The position numbers and the translations under genes are program-made. From Pirellulales bacterium (GTDB taxonomy: Bacteria > Planctomycetota > Planctomycetia > Pirellulales > UBA1268), in the NCBI GenBank assembly GCA_046092585.1, contig JBJTDZ010000133.1, positions 11,727-75,726 of the forward strand: a stretch of 64,000 nucleotides of DNA, written 5' to 3'. Positions 1 to 10,273 of the stretch are shown piece by piece. Position 1 is the first letter of the stretch, and the number at the start of each line of letters is the position of its first letter. The notes beneath the pieces were generated by a model that was not told the DNA's origin, searched no databases, and saw nothing but the letters and a program-made list of their open reading frames with translations.

Positions 1-32
1 GAGAAGGTGTCCGTGACTCGCCAGCGCGGGGC

Positions 33-2714
33 TCATCGGCGGGAATCCTCGTCGTCATCGGCGTCGGCGAAGGCATCGTCGTCCCCTTCGTCATGGCCGT
101 CCGCGTCCTCGTCGTCATGATCGAGGTCGTCGTCGCTCTCCTCGTCATCGTCGTCGCTCAGCTGCGGCACCGGCGCGGCGTGCGGCTGGATCCTGAGCTT
201 TCGCGGGGCCGGATCGGGGGGCAGGGGGGCGGTGCCGCTGCGCGACGCCCACTGCTCCATCGTGATCAGCACCTCGCGGGCCTGGGAGCCGGCGTACTGG
301 CCGACCACGCCGTCTTCCGCCATGAAGTCGATGAGGCGGGCCCCGCGGCCGTAGCCCACCCCGAGGGCCCGCTGCAGGAGCGACACGCTGCCGCGGCCCT
401 CGCGGATCACCACTTCGACGGCCGCATCGTAGAGTTCGTCCTTGTCGCGGGGGCTGGCACCGCCGGCCTTGCCTGCCTCCTCGGCGCCCGCCGGCTTGAG
501 GTTCACGAGCTCCGCGGCGTACTGCGGCTCGCTGGTGCCGATCTCCGCCATCACGCGGCCGATCTCGTCGTCGGAGAGGAACGTGCCCTGACCGCGCAGG
601 ATCTGGCTCGTGCCCGGAGAAAGGAAGAGCATGTCGCCGTTGCCGAGCAGCCGTTCGGCCCCCATCTCGTCGAGCACCACGCGGCTGTCGGTGCGGCTGG
701 CAACCTGGAAGGCGATGCGTGCCGGCAGGTTGCTCTTGATGAGGCCGGTGATCACGTCGACCGTCGGCTTCTGGGTGGCGAGGATCAGGTGGATGCCCAC
801 CGCCCGGCTCTTCTGGGCAAGCCGGATGATGTGGGCCTCGATCTCCTTGCCCGCCGTCATCATCATGTCGGCGATCTCGTCCGCGATCATCACGATGAAG
901 GGCATCGTGGTGGGGATCAATGCGGCCTCCTCCTCGCTCTCCGGCTTCATCCGCCGCAGGATCTCGTCCCGGCCCAACGCGTTGTACTGCGTGAGATGAC
1001 GGACGCCAACCTTGGCGAGGAGGGCGTAGCGCTCCTCCATCTTGTCGACCGCCCAGGCGAGGATCGCCTCTGCCTTCTTCATGTCGGTGACCACCGGATG
1101 CATCAGGTGCGGCAGCGACTTGTAGGGCGTGAGCTCGACCATCTTGGGGTCGATCATCAACATCCGCACCTCGTCGGGCCGGCGGGTCATCAGCATCGAG
1201 ACGATGATCGAGTTCAAGCAGACCGATTTGCCCGTGCCCGTGCGGCCCGCGATCAGGAGATGCGGCATGCTCGCCATGTCGACCACCATCGGGTTGCCCG
1301 CCACGTCCTTGCCGAGGAAGATCGGGATCTTCATCGTGCGGGCCTTCGCCTGAGTCTCTTCGATCACCTCGCGGAGGCGGACCATCTGCCGGGTGGTGTT
1401 CGGCACCTCGATCCCCACCGAGTTCTTGCCCGGGATCGGGGCCACGATGCGGACACTCGGCACCCGCAGCGCGATCGCCAGGTCGTCGGCGAGGTTGGTG
1501 ATCTTCGAGAGCCGCAGGCCGGCCTCGAGTTCGATCTCGTACTGCGAGATCACGGGGCCGGTCTCGACCTCGACCACCTTCACCTTGAAGCCGAACTCGG
1601 CAAACGTCTTCTCCAGCACCCGCGCCCGGTCGCGAACCTCCTGCTCCTGCTGGTCGAGTTCCAGGTATTCGGTGGGGAGGAGGAGGTCGAGGCTGGGGAG
1701 TTCGTAATCGGCCGATGGATCGGGGGAGAGTTCGAGCGTGGCCTGCGGCGCGCGGCGGCTGGAGAGCGAGCGGATCGGCACGGGCGACCGCGGCGTCGCA
1801 GCCGGCTCGTCGGCGGCATCGTCGTCGGCCGTCCCAACGACGTCGTCTGCATCGTCGTCCTCGGCCTCGACATCGTCGGCGACGACCGTCGGGGGCTCGC
1901 GTCGCTTCACGCGAATCGTGGGCTCGCCGTCGTCATCGGCCTCGTCGGCGAGGTCGTCGCCGCCCGTGAGCCGCGACCGCAGCCCGGGAAACCGGGATGC
2001 AAGATCGGACACCATGGCGTCGGCGACGCCCGGCTCCCGGCGCCGCGGCAGCCGCGCCACGAGTCCGGCCAGCGATGCGGCGATGGCGGAGGCTGCCGCG
2101 CACGCCGTGCGCAAGAACCCGATCACCAGCGCGTCGCAGGCAAGGAAGAGGCCGCCGGCCGTCAGCGCCGAGAGCACGATCGCCGCGCCGGTGCGGGCGA
2201 GGTAGTGCTCGGCGAGCAACCGGCCCATGCCGCCCACCCGACCGCCGGGCCCCCACAGGGGCCTCGCGACCCAGTCGGGAAGAAAGAGCGTCAGCAGGGT
2301 GCATCCGCCGGCGAGGGCGACGATTCCGCCGATCGTCCGCAGCGGCATGTCGGGCAGACTCCTGCGGCGAAGCAGGGCGATGTCGAGGGTCGCGACCAAA
2401 CCAAGGGCGGCCCACGCGCCGAGGCCCACGGCCTCATAGAGGAAGGCGGCGACCGTCGAACCGAGCAGGCCGCACGCGTTCACGGAGCGGACCGGGGGCG
2501 GAAACGCCCGCGACACGGGCGGATCACCGGCATCGAACGTCGCGAGGGCGGCCGCGAGAAAGACACACCCGGCGAGCAGGGCCAGGGCCGAGAGATCCCG
2601 CACTCGGTTCCGCGGGGCGACATCGGGCACCGCCACCACCTCGCCGGCCGGCCGGCTGGCGGCGCGACCCTGGGGTGCGAATCGGAATGCGACGGTGCGA
2701 TCGGCGAACGCCAT
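33..2714 (-). CDS. ftsK: DNA translocase FtsK/SpoIIIE
   Basis: 893-aa ORF. N-terminal multi-TM region, Asp/Pro-rich linker, motor domain with Walker A GRTGTGKSVCLN and ILATQKPTVDVITG, gamma-like wHTH SVSLLQRALGVGYGRGARLIDFME, then an acidic tail. Confidence 0.93.
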   Translation of the reverse strand: MAFADRTVAFRFAPQGRAASRPAGEVVAVPDVAPRNRVRDLSALALLAGCVFLAAALATFDAGDPPVSRAFPPPVRSVNACGLLGSTVAAFLYEAVGLGAWAALGLVATLDIALLRRRSLPDMPLRTIGGIVALAGGCTLLTLFLPDWVARPLWGPGGRVGGMGRLLAEHYLARTGAAIVLSALTAGGLFLACDALVIGFLRTACAAASAIAASLAGLVARLPRRREPGVADAMVSDLASRFPGLRSRLTGGDDLADEADDDGEPTIRVKRREPPTVVADDVEAEDDDADDVVGTADDDAADEPAATPRSPVPIRSLSSRRAPQATLELSPDPSADYELPSLDLLLPTEYLELDQQEQEVRDRARVLEKTFAEFGFKVKVVEVETGPVISQYEIELEAGLRLSKITNLADDLAIALRVPSVRIVAPIPGKNSVGIEVPNTTRQMVRLREVIEETQAKARTMKIPIFLGKDVAGNPMVVDMASMPHLLIAGRTGTGKSVCLNSIIVSMLMTRRPDEVRMLMIDPKMVELTPYKSLPHLMHPVVTDMKKAEAILAWAVDKMEERYALLAKVGVRHLTQYNALGRDEILRRMKPESEEEAALIPTTMPFIVMIADEIADMMMTAGKEIEAHIIRLAQKSRAVGIHLILATQKPTVDVITGLIKSNLPARIAFQVASRTDSRVVLDEMGAERLLGNGDMLFLSPGTSQILRGQGTFLSDDEIGRVMAEIGTSEPQYAAELVNLKPAGAEEAGKAGGASPRDKDELYDAAVEVVIREGRGSVSLLQRALGVGYGRGARLIDFMAEDGVVGQYAGSQAREVLITMEQWASRSGTAPLPPDPAPRKLRIQPHAAPVPQLSDDDDEESDDDLDHDDEDADGHDEGDDDAFADADDDEDSRR

Positions 2715-2815
2715 GAAAACGGTCCTCGGCGAAAAACGGGAGCCCGGAAAACTCTACAGGCCACTGCCGTGCCCGGCGGCCGCCGGGCCCGGCCCGGCCT
2801 CCGCTGCCTGCTCCG

Positions 2816-3457
2816 GTGGTAACGACCGCACGGACTACGAAAGAGGTGCGGCCGCAGGTAGGCTCGGCGTCCATGCCTCCATCCACGCCGCCCCGCCGCC
2901 ATGGCCCGCCGCCCCATGCCGGGCCCCTCGCCAGGCAGGTCGGCCGGCAGACGCTGGAGGTGCTCGTGATCGCGGCCGCAGCCCTCGCCGTGCAGCAGGC
3001 CTGGTCGGCTGGCGCCCTCACGGCGGCGACGGTGTGCGTGGCCGTGGTGACCCTGGCGATTTCAAAGACGGGCTACTTCCTCGTCGAAAACCTGCAGCAC
3101 ATCCTGCTGGCCACGGCCCAGGAGATTCCCTATCACCGCTTTCTCGCGCTGATGGGAGTGAACATGGCCCAGATCACGCTCTCGTTCGCTCTCGATTTCT
3201 GGCTTCTCGAACTGGCCGACCCGGGCAGTTTCAGCGGCTTCGACGCCAATGCCGGGGCGGGGCGAGCCTTCTTCGACTGCTTCTTTTACAGCGTGCTCAA
3301 CTTCTCCTTCTTCGGATTCGGCGACATCCTCCCCCTGACGATTCCCGCGAAGATCGTCACGCTGCTGGAGGTGGTGCTGGCATTCTTCACCGTGATTTTT
3401 CTGCTCTCCGACTTCATCAGCCTCAAGGACTCCCTCCGCCAGGAACGCGACTGCTGA
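2816..3457 (+). CDS. Ion-channel family membrane protein (K+ channel-like pore, GFGD filter)
   Basis: 213-aa ORF with several hydrophobic helices and a pore-helix/filter-like segment FYSVLNFSFFGFGDILP followed by an inner helix. True start uncertain; an internal Met at about 2873 is possible. Confidence 0.55.
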   Translation: MVTTARTTKEVRPQVGSASMPPSTPPRRHGPPPHAGPLARQVGRQTLEVLVIAAAALAVQQAWSAGALTAATVCVAVVTLAISKTGYFLVENLQHILLATAQEIPYHRFLALMGVNMAQITLSFALDFWLLELADPGSFSGFDANAGAGRAFFDCFFYSVLNFSFFGFGDILPLTIPAKIVTLLEVVLAFFTVIFLLSDFISLKDSLRQERDC

Positions 3458-3472
3458 CCGGCGTGGGATCGC

Positions 3473-4420
3473 ATGCCCCACCACCTCGACCACGGCATGC
3501 TGTCCGTCGGAATCGCCGCGGGATTCGCCGCGGCGCTCTGCAGCGCCGTGTCGTATTTCATCTCACGCGACCACGGCTCTCGTGGCGGCAGCAGCCTGCG
3601 GCTCCTGGTGCTCGCCCACGGGATGATGGGCGTGGCCTGCCTGCCCCTCTCCTGGCTGCTCTGGCCGACTGTCCTCGGAGCCGACACCCGCTGGGCCTGG
3701 CCGCTCGCCGGCACCACCGCCAGCTACCTGCTGGGCCAGGTGCTCGTGTTCTCGGCGCTGTGTCGCACGGGGGCGTCGCGGGTGGCACCGCTGCTCGGCC
3801 TCAAGATCGCGATGCTTGCGGGGATCACCTGCCTGACTCCGGGCGGCGCGCTCGACATCCGGCAGTGGATCGCGGTGGGCATGAGCGTGGTGGCGGCGGT
3901 GATGCTGCAGCGCGGGGGGGGCATGCCGCTGCCGGCCGTGGCACTCACGCTCGGCGCCTGCCTGACCTTCGCGATGTCCGACCTGTACATCGTCGCCCTG
4001 ATCGACGGGCTGCAGGAGTCCGCGACGGCGGCCGGCCAGCCGCTGGGTCGGCTGGCCGCCGGCGGCCTCGCCATGGCGGTCACCTATGTCGCCTGCGGGG
4101 CGGTCGCCGTCGGGCTCGCCTCGCACCCCGGCGCCCGCCCCACGAACCGCGACGACTGGCTCGCGAGCGGACGTTACTCGGTGGCATGGCTCGCCGGCAT
4201 GGTGGGCCTCTACACCTGCTTCGGCACGGTGGGCGCCGTGTTCGGCAACATCCTGCAATCGACCCGGGGCGTGATCGCGATCGCGATCGGCGCGCTGCTC
4301 GCCCATCGCGGCCGTCACGACCTCGAGATGCGGGTCGACAGGGCGACCTTCCTGCGACGCGTCGCGGCCGCAATCCTCATGACCGCGGCGATCGCGCTCT
4401 ACGTGGTCGACCTGTCATGA
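3473..4420 (+). CDS. DMT/EamA-like multi-pass membrane transporter
   Basis: 315-aa ORF, about 10 predicted hydrophobic helices in two halves, G/A-rich helices typical of EamA-type carriers. No sharper motif recognised. Confidence 0.55.
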   Translation: MPHHLDHGMLSVGIAAGFAAALCSAVSYFISRDHGSRGGSSLRLLVLAHGMMGVACLPLSWLLWPTVLGADTRWAWPLAGTTASYLLGQVLVFSALCRTGASRVAPLLGLKIAMLAGITCLTPGGALDIRQWIAVGMSVVAAVMLQRGGGMPLPAVALTLGACLTFAMSDLYIVALIDGLQESATAAGQPLGRLAAGGLAMAVTYVACGAVAVGLASHPGARPTNRDDWLASGRYSVAWLAGMVGLYTCFGTVGAVFGNILQSTRGVIAIAIGALLAHRGRHDLEMRVDRATFLRRVAAAILMTAAIALYVVDLS

Positions 4421-4435
4421 CGACGGACCGATGCA

Positions 4436-5317
4436 TCAGCCGGCGCCACGGAAGTTGGGGCGGAGCCGATGGCCGCGCGACTCGAGCCGGGAGAGGATGC
4501 CGACCAGTTCGCCCGACTCGTCGACGGCCGCCAGAGACATGGCCGCGCCGGGGGGCAACTCCACGATGCCGCCGCGGACCGCCCGGTCGAGCGATTCGCC
4601 GACCAGCACGTGCCGTGGAAGCAGAGGCACCGCCGCGATCGGGGGCAGCAGCGCGGCCCGGCACGAGTCCGGCGTCACGCCATCGAGCGGCAGCGACGCG
4701 GCCCGCGTGAACGGCCCGACGGCCGTGCGCACCAGCGACTCCATCACGGCGGTCGTGCCGAGCGCCGCAGCCAGATCCCGGCCGATCGCCCGCACGAACG
4801 TGCCCGATGAACAGGTGATCTCGAGGCCGAGCCGCGGCCATTCATAGGCCGTGATCTCCAGCCGCTCGATCCGCACCGGCTTCGGCTCGAGCGTCACCTC
4901 GCGGCCCTTCCGCGCGAGCCGGTAGGCCCGCTGCCCGCCCACGTGCACGGCCGAGTAGTCGCAGGGACGCTGGAGGATGTCGCCGCGAAAGCGGGGCAGG
5001 GCGGCCTCGATCTCCGCCCACGAGGGACGCCGCGGATCGGGCTCCACGTCGAGCGGTGTCTCGAGGTCGTCGGAGGGGCTGCTGCGGCCCAGGGCAAAAA
5101 AGGCCGCGTAGTGCTTCGGCACCGAATGAATGAAGTCGACGAGCTTCGTCGCCCGGCCCACGCAGACCACGACCACGCCCGTGGCGAGGGGATCGAGCGT
5201 GCCGGCATGGCCCACGGCCGCCGTACCGAGCGCCCGGGCGACGGCGTCGACGACGCGGCGCGAGGTCACGCCCGACGGCTTGTCAACCGGGATCACACCC
5301 GATGATGGGGAAGGCAT
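4436..5317 (-). CDS. truB: tRNA pseudouridine(55) synthase TruB
   Basis: VIPVDKPSGVTS and GHAGTLDPLATGVVVVCVGRATKL (catalytic Asp motif). An alternative GTG start at 5296 would shorten the overlap with the upstream gene. Confidence 0.9.
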   Translation of the reverse strand: MPSPSSGVIPVDKPSGVTSRRVVDAVARALGTAAVGHAGTLDPLATGVVVVCVGRATKLVDFIHSVPKHYAAFFALGRSSPSDDLETPLDVEPDPRRPSWAEIEAALPRFRGDILQRPCDYSAVHVGGQRAYRLARKGREVTLEPKPVRIERLEITAYEWPRLGLEITCSSGTFVRAIGRDLAAALGTTAVMESLVRTAVGPFTRAASLPLDGVTPDSCRAALLPPIAAVPLLPRHVLVGESLDRAVRGGIVELPPGAAMSLAAVDESGELVGILSRLESRGHRLRPNFRGAG

Positions 5318-6830
5318 AGAGGTCGGCCACCTCGGCGGGTGATGCTCCGGCGATCCGCATACGACGGCACAGCGCCGCCGGGTCGGCGACGGCGCCGGCC
5401 ACGAGCCGGTTGAACTTCAGATCGACGACGGCGGCGGTCCGCGCCGCGTCGGAGCGGGCATGGCCGAGCGGGTGGGTGACGAGGCCGCCGTCGAGGCTTC
5501 CGAACGCGGCGTGGTCGATCGCCACGCTCGTGGGGATGCCCTCGGGATACCGGGCATCGTAGGCGGCGCCGCCGTGCTCGATCACCATCGTCTCAATCAG
5601 CCGCGCCACGGCCGGGTCGCGGATGGCGGTATCGGAATAGTCGTCGGGGAGGAGCATGACCGACTCCCAGCCGACCGGCTCACCGGCCCGGGCGGCCGCC
5701 CGGGCCTTGAGGAGCGTCCGCGCGAGAATGAAGGGGAGCGAATGGTCGGCCGACTGCCGCGTGGTCGGCGTGCGCTTGGCGGGGTCGGCGATGATCGAGA
5801 AGGCCGGCTCGTAGATCCGCACCGTGATCGCACGGATGCCGTCGAGGTCGGCCGCCAGCCCCGGGTGCGACGTGCACAGGTTGACGAGCGACTGCAGCGC
5901 GCCGGCCGACTGGTGCTCGTAGAGCCCGAGCTTGAAGTGCATCGCGTGGATGGCGAACGCATCGCCTCCGGTTCCGAGTTCGAGATCGAACGGGCTGCGG
6001 CCGTCGGGGCAGGGCTCGTTGCGTCGGTAGAGCGCCAGCGGATTGCGAAAGACGTCGCGAGGCCCCACGAAGCCGGCCAGCGCCCGCCGCGCCGCCATCA
6101 CGGCCACCTCCGCCGAGAGCGCGGCCGACGCCCCCTTGCTGTCGGAGAGCTGGTGCCCCGCACGGATCGCCCGGTAGGGCACGTAGTGGGCCACCACCAT
6201 TCCGATCGCCGACTCGATCTGGTCGACGGTTCCCCCGAGCGCGGCCGCCCAGGCGACGGCCGACGCCACGGCGCCGTGGTGCACGTGATCGATGGCGTAC
6301 TTCCGCAGCGCGAACACCTCCGCGAGCCGCCCGCGGATCTCGTCGATCAGGAGCATGAGCCTCAGCGTCGCGTCGCCGTCGAGGCCGGCCTCCGTCGCCG
6401 CCGCCACCGCCACGGGGTAGTAATCGTTGTGGCCGAACTCCCCGGCGATCCGGCCCTTCGCCGCGTCGTGGCCGAAGTTGGTGCCGTTGGAATCCCACTC
6501 GCGGACGGCCGACGCATTGGCCGCGACGGCCCGCTCCGCGAGGCAACGCCGTGACGAGCCGAAGCAGACGGCGCCGTGGCTGCCAGCCAGCGGGAGCGTG
6601 GCCAGCGCCTCGCGGCGCAGCACCGCGGGAGCATTGGCCCCGTGGGCGAGCGCCGAGACGCCGCAGCCGACGCTGTCGAGATGAAACCGCTCGAGCAGCC
6701 GCAGCGTGGCGGCACCGACGGGGCGGGGGGCCCGCCTCAGGAAATCGAGGGCGTAGTCCGCCAGGCCCCGGGCCTGGTTGGTGTCGGCGGGGAGCAGGCG
6801 GGTTTCGCCGGCAGCGGTCGGTGACGTCAT
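5283..6830 (-). CDS. MmgE/PrpD family protein (2-methylcitrate dehydratase-like)
   Basis: C-terminal 515 aa of the 1188-aa track ORF, starting MTSPTAAGETR (ATG complement at 6828-6830). PrpD-family length and all-helical composition. The upstream 670 aa of the track ORF is antisense to the kinase gene and was rejected. Confidence 0.75.
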   Translation of the reverse strand: MTSPTAAGETRLLPADTNQARGLADYALDFLRRAPRPVGAATLRLLERFHLDSVGCGVSALAHGANAPAVLRREALATLPLAGSHGAVCFGSSRRCLAERAVAANASAVREWDSNGTNFGHDAAKGRIAGEFGHNDYYPVAVAAATEAGLDGDATLRLMLLIDEIRGRLAEVFALRKYAIDHVHHGAVASAVAWAAALGGTVDQIESAIGMVVAHYVPYRAIRAGHQLSDSKGASAALSAEVAVMAARRALAGFVGPRDVFRNPLALYRRNEPCPDGRSPFDLELGTGGDAFAIHAMHFKLGLYEHQSAGALQSLVNLCTSHPGLAADLDGIRAITVRIYEPAFSIIADPAKRTPTTRQSADHSLPFILARTLLKARAAARAGEPVGWESVMLLPDDYSDTAIRDPAVARLIETMVIEHGGAAYDARYPEGIPTSVAIDHAAFGSLDGGLVTHPLGHARSDAARTAAVVDLKFNRLVAGAVADPAALCRRMRIAGASPAEVADLYAFPIIGCDPG

Positions 6831-6899
6831 GGAATCCTCACGGGGGCCACCCGGCGGACCGGGGCGACTGTTGTACCGCACCGGATACACTCGATCACC

Positions 6900-8837
6900 A
6901 TGATGCCCACTCGGCTCGGTCCCTACGCGATCTCGTCGACACTCGGCCATGGCGGCATGGGCGCGGTGTACGAGGCGGTCGACACGACGACCGGCCGCAC
7001 CGTGGCCGTGAAGACGCTCGCCACCCACCTCGGCGACGACCCGGGCCTGCGGAAACGGTTTGCCGACGAGATCGAGACGCTCAAGGGTCTGCGGCATCCC
7101 TGCATCGTCGAACTGCTCGCCTTCGGCGAGGAGGAGGGCATGCCCTACTTCGCGATGGAACTCGTGCGGGGTCGCAGCCTCGAACAGATCCTGCGGTCGG
7201 GGCGCCGGTTCACCTGGCGGGAAACGGTCGACACCGCGATCGAGGTGACCCGGGCGCTCAAGTCGGCCCACGACCACGGCGTGATCCACCGCGACCTCAA
7301 GCCGGCCAACCTGATCGTGCCCGATTCGCCCGGGGAGGGCGGCCACGTGAAACTCGCCGACTTCGGAATCGCCAAGCTCTTCGGCGGCGCGGGCCACACC
7401 ATGGCCGGAATGATCGTGGGCACGGCGGAGTACATGGCCCCCGAGCAGGCCACGGGTCTGCCCGTCGACCACCGCGCCGATCTCTACGCCCTCGGCCTGG
7501 TGATGTTCGCGATGCTCACCGGCCGGCCCCCGTTTCTGGGAGGCCTTGCCACGGACGTGATCCGGCGGCAGCGGCACGAGCCCGCGCCCCGCCTTGCCTC
7601 GCGGGTCGATGGCGTGCCTCCCGAACTCGATGATCTCGTCGCCCGGCTGCTCGCCAAGGATCCGGCCGACCGGCCCGCCAGTGCCCTGGCGGTCGGCCGC
7701 ACACTGGCGGTGCTTGCCGCGCGGCCTGAGGACGGGTCGGCGGCAGACACGGTGGCGGCGGCGGCTGCACCACCTTCCACCGGTGGGATCACCGCGGCGG
7801 CCCGCCCCGACGCGATCGGCGAGACTCGCGCGACCGTGCGGCCCGAGGTCGACCTCACGGCGCCGACGCGGGAGTTTGCGGCCGGCATCTCCCTTCCCGG
7901 TGACGTCGCCATCATCCCGGGCGCCGTCACGGGCCGCGAGGTGGCCCCCAACGGCCAGACGATGCCGATGCCCACCAGGGACCGGCCCGACACGGGGCTC
8001 GCGCACCAGCCGACCGAACCCGCGGGCGACCGCACGCCCGTGGCGATGTCGCGGGGCAATCGATTCACGACGGTGGAGGAGCTGCTTCGCGTTGAAGCGG
8101 CGGCCGCCGAGGCGAGGCGGCGACGCGACGTGCGGATCCAGGCGGTCGTCGCGGCATTGCTTGCCGCGGCCGTGGCGGCCGGCGGGTACCTCCTGCTGCG
8201 TGCGCCCTCGGCCGACGACCTGTACGGCCGCATCCTCGCCGCCGGAGAGGGCCCCGACGCAGACCCGCGCGACGCCCGACCGCTGATCGACCAGTTTTTG
8301 GCGAGTCATCCCGCGGATCCGCGGATGCCGGCCGTGCGCGACCTCGCCCGTTCGCTCGACCTCGACGCGTTGGAGAAGCGGGCCCGCCGCCGGCGCCTCG
8401 GCGGGGGCGAGATGCTGCCCATCGAGCGGGAGTACCGGGCCGCGATGGCCCGCGAGGCTGAGAGCGTGTCGGCCTGCGCGGCGGCGCTCGAGGCCATCCT
8501 CGCCGTGCACGCCGCCGACATTCCCGCCGCGGCCTCCGAGGCGGGCGACGACGATGCCGACCCTCGGCTCTGGATGGACCTCGTTCGCCGCCAGCTCGGC
8601 CGGCTGGAGCCACTGGCCGAGAAGGAGCGGGCCGACGATGTCGACAGGGCGGCGGCCACGCTCGCCGAAGCAGCCGATCTCGCCATCCGCGCCGACGCCG
8701 TCTCCGACCCCGGCGAACGCAGCCGTCTCGACGACCGCCGCCGGACCCTGCTGCAAGGGCTCGTCGACCTCTACGCCGATCGGCCGCACGTGGCCGACGC
8801 GGTCGCAGCAGCCCGCGCACTCCTCACGCCTCCATGA
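6900..8837 (+). CDS. Membrane-anchored Ser/Thr protein kinase
   Basis: Hanks kinase motifs GHGGMGAVYEA, VAVK, HRDLKPANL, DFG, APE. Pro/Ala linker, one TM (AVVAALLAAAVAAGGYLLL) and a helical C-terminal domain of about 200 aa. Confidence 0.9.
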   Translation: MMPTRLGPYAISSTLGHGGMGAVYEAVDTTTGRTVAVKTLATHLGDDPGLRKRFADEIETLKGLRHPCIVELLAFGEEEGMPYFAMELVRGRSLEQILRSGRRFTWRETVDTAIEVTRALKSAHDHGVIHRDLKPANLIVPDSPGEGGHVKLADFGIAKLFGGAGHTMAGMIVGTAEYMAPEQATGLPVDHRADLYALGLVMFAMLTGRPPFLGGLATDVIRRQRHEPAPRLASRVDGVPPELDDLVARLLAKDPADRPASALAVGRTLAVLAARPEDGSAADTVAAAAAPPSTGGITAAARPDAIGETRATVRPEVDLTAPTREFAAGISLPGDVAIIPGAVTGREVAPNGQTMPMPTRDRPDTGLAHQPTEPAGDRTPVAMSRGNRFTTVEELLRVEAAAAEARRRRDVRIQAVVAALLAAAVAAGGYLLLRAPSADDLYGRILAAGEGPDADPRDARPLIDQFLASHPADPRMPAVRDLARSLDLDALEKRARRRRLGGGEMLPIEREYRAAMAREAESVSACAAALEAILAVHAADIPAAASEAGDDDADPRLWMDLVRRQLGRLEPLAEKERADDVDRAAATLAEAADLAIRADAVSDPGERSRLDDRRRTLLQGLVDLYADRPHVADAVAAARALLTPP

Positions 8838-10219
8838 GCGCCACGCCACCAGCCCCGGAAATCCCCATGCCTGCCGCCACGCCCGCCTCCGCTCCCCACG
8901 AACGCACCGCAGCCCGTCGCCGCGCGAGCCATGCAGCCTTCGAGCGGGCCCGCGGCCTGATCCCCGGCGGCGTCAACTCGCCGGCCCGCGCATTCGGCGG
9001 TGTCGGCGGCGAGCCGATCTTCTTCGCCTCGGCCGAGGGCCAATGGCTCACCGACATCGACGGCAACACCTATCTCGACTACATCGGCTCATGGGGCCCG
9101 ATGATCCTCGGCCACCGTCATCCGCGGGTCGTGGCGGCGATCGAGCGTGCCCTCGCCACCGGCACGAGCTACGGCGCGCCCACGGAGGCCGAGAGCCACC
9201 TCGCGGAGCTGATCGTGGCGGCGCTGCCGTCGATCGAGAAGGTGCGGATGGTGAGCTCCGGCACCGAGGCGGCGATGAGCGCCGTGCGGCTGGCCCGCGG
9301 CTTCACCGGCCGGGACGTGGTCGTGAAGTTCGCGGGCAACTACCACGGTCATGTCGACAGCCTGCTCGTGTCGGCGGGCTCGTCGGCCGCCACGCTCGGC
9401 GTGCCCGACTCTCCGGGCGTGACCGCCGGCACGGCCCGCGACACGGTGGTGCTCGAATACAACGAGCCCGGGCAACTCGAGGATCTCTTCCGCAGCCGCG
9501 GCGACGAGATCGCGGCCGTGCTCCTCGAGCCCGTGGTGGGCAACATGGGGCTCGTGGTTCCGAGCCGGGAGTTTCTCGCCACCATCCGCGACCTGACGCG
9601 ACGTCACGGGGCCTTGATGGTGTGCGACGAGGTGATGACGGGCTTCCGGCTTTCGCTGGGCGGCGCCCAGCAGCTGCTCGGCATCGAGCCCGACCTGACG
9701 ACGCTCGGCAAGATCGTCGGGGGGGGACTGCCGCTGGGCGCCTACGGCGGCCGTGCCGACGTGATGAACCACGTGCTCCCCGCGGGCAGGGTGTTCCAGG
9801 CGGGCACGCTCTCGGGCAACCCGCTCGCCGTGGCGGCGGGCACGGCCACGCTCGAGGAACTCCGCGACCATCCGCCCTACGAGCGGCTCGATGCACTCGG
9901 CGCGCGGCTGGAGCAGGGCTTCCGTGACGCGGCGGCCCGGGCGGGCCTGCCCGTGTGGGTGGCCCGCGTGGGCAGCATGATGACGATGTTCTTCCAGAAG
10001 GGGTCCGAGGTGGTGCCTGTCACCGGCTGGACAACGGCCTCGGCCAGCGACACCGCGGCCTACGCCGCCTTCTTCTGGGGCATGATCGACCGCGGCGTCT
10101 ATCTGCCGTGCAGCCAGTACGAGGCGCTCTTCTTTTCGGCGGCCCACACCGACGCCGACATCGACGCCACGATGAGCGCGGCCGCCGAAAGCCTGGCCGA
10201 CCTCGCGCCCCGCCGCTGA
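8834..10219 (+). CDS. hemL: Glutamate-1-semialdehyde 2,1-aminomutase
   Basis: IPGGVNSPARAF, class-III aminotransferase body, typical HemL length after an N-terminal extension of about 35 aa. ATGA overlap with the kinase stop; an internal Met at 8867 is an alternative start. Confidence 0.9.
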   Translation: MSATPPAPEIPMPAATPASAPHERTAARRRASHAAFERARGLIPGGVNSPARAFGGVGGEPIFFASAEGQWLTDIDGNTYLDYIGSWGPMILGHRHPRVVAAIERALATGTSYGAPTEAESHLAELIVAALPSIEKVRMVSSGTEAAMSAVRLARGFTGRDVVVKFAGNYHGHVDSLLVSAGSSAATLGVPDSPGVTAGTARDTVVLEYNEPGQLEDLFRSRGDEIAAVLLEPVVGNMGLVVPSREFLATIRDLTRRHGALMVCDEVMTGFRLSLGGAQQLLGIEPDLTTLGKIVGGGLPLGAYGGRADVMNHVLPAGRVFQAGTLSGNPLAVAAGTATLEELRDHPPYERLDALGARLEQGFRDAAARAGLPVWVARVGSMMTMFFQKGSEVVPVTGWTTASASDTAAYAAFFWGMIDRGVYLPCSQYEALFFSAAHTDADIDATMSAAAESLADLAPRR

Positions 10220-10273
10220 TGCGGGTCGCAGTTGATCCGTAGGCGTCGTGCGGGGCTGGCCTCGTCACAGCCC

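Noticed and set aside
93-2822. 909-aa plus-strand ORF covering the whole ftsK locus
   Set aside because: It is the mirror frame of a clearly recognisable minus-strand FtsK. The Arg/Gly/His/Ala-rich translation has no motifs. This is a typical high-GC antisense artefact.
6831-8849. Upstream 670 codons of the 1188-aa minus-strand ORF that ends in the PrpD-family gene
   Set aside because: This part is antisense to a bona fide Ser/Thr kinase and has junk-like composition. The PrpD-family similarity begins only at MTSPTAAG (6830).
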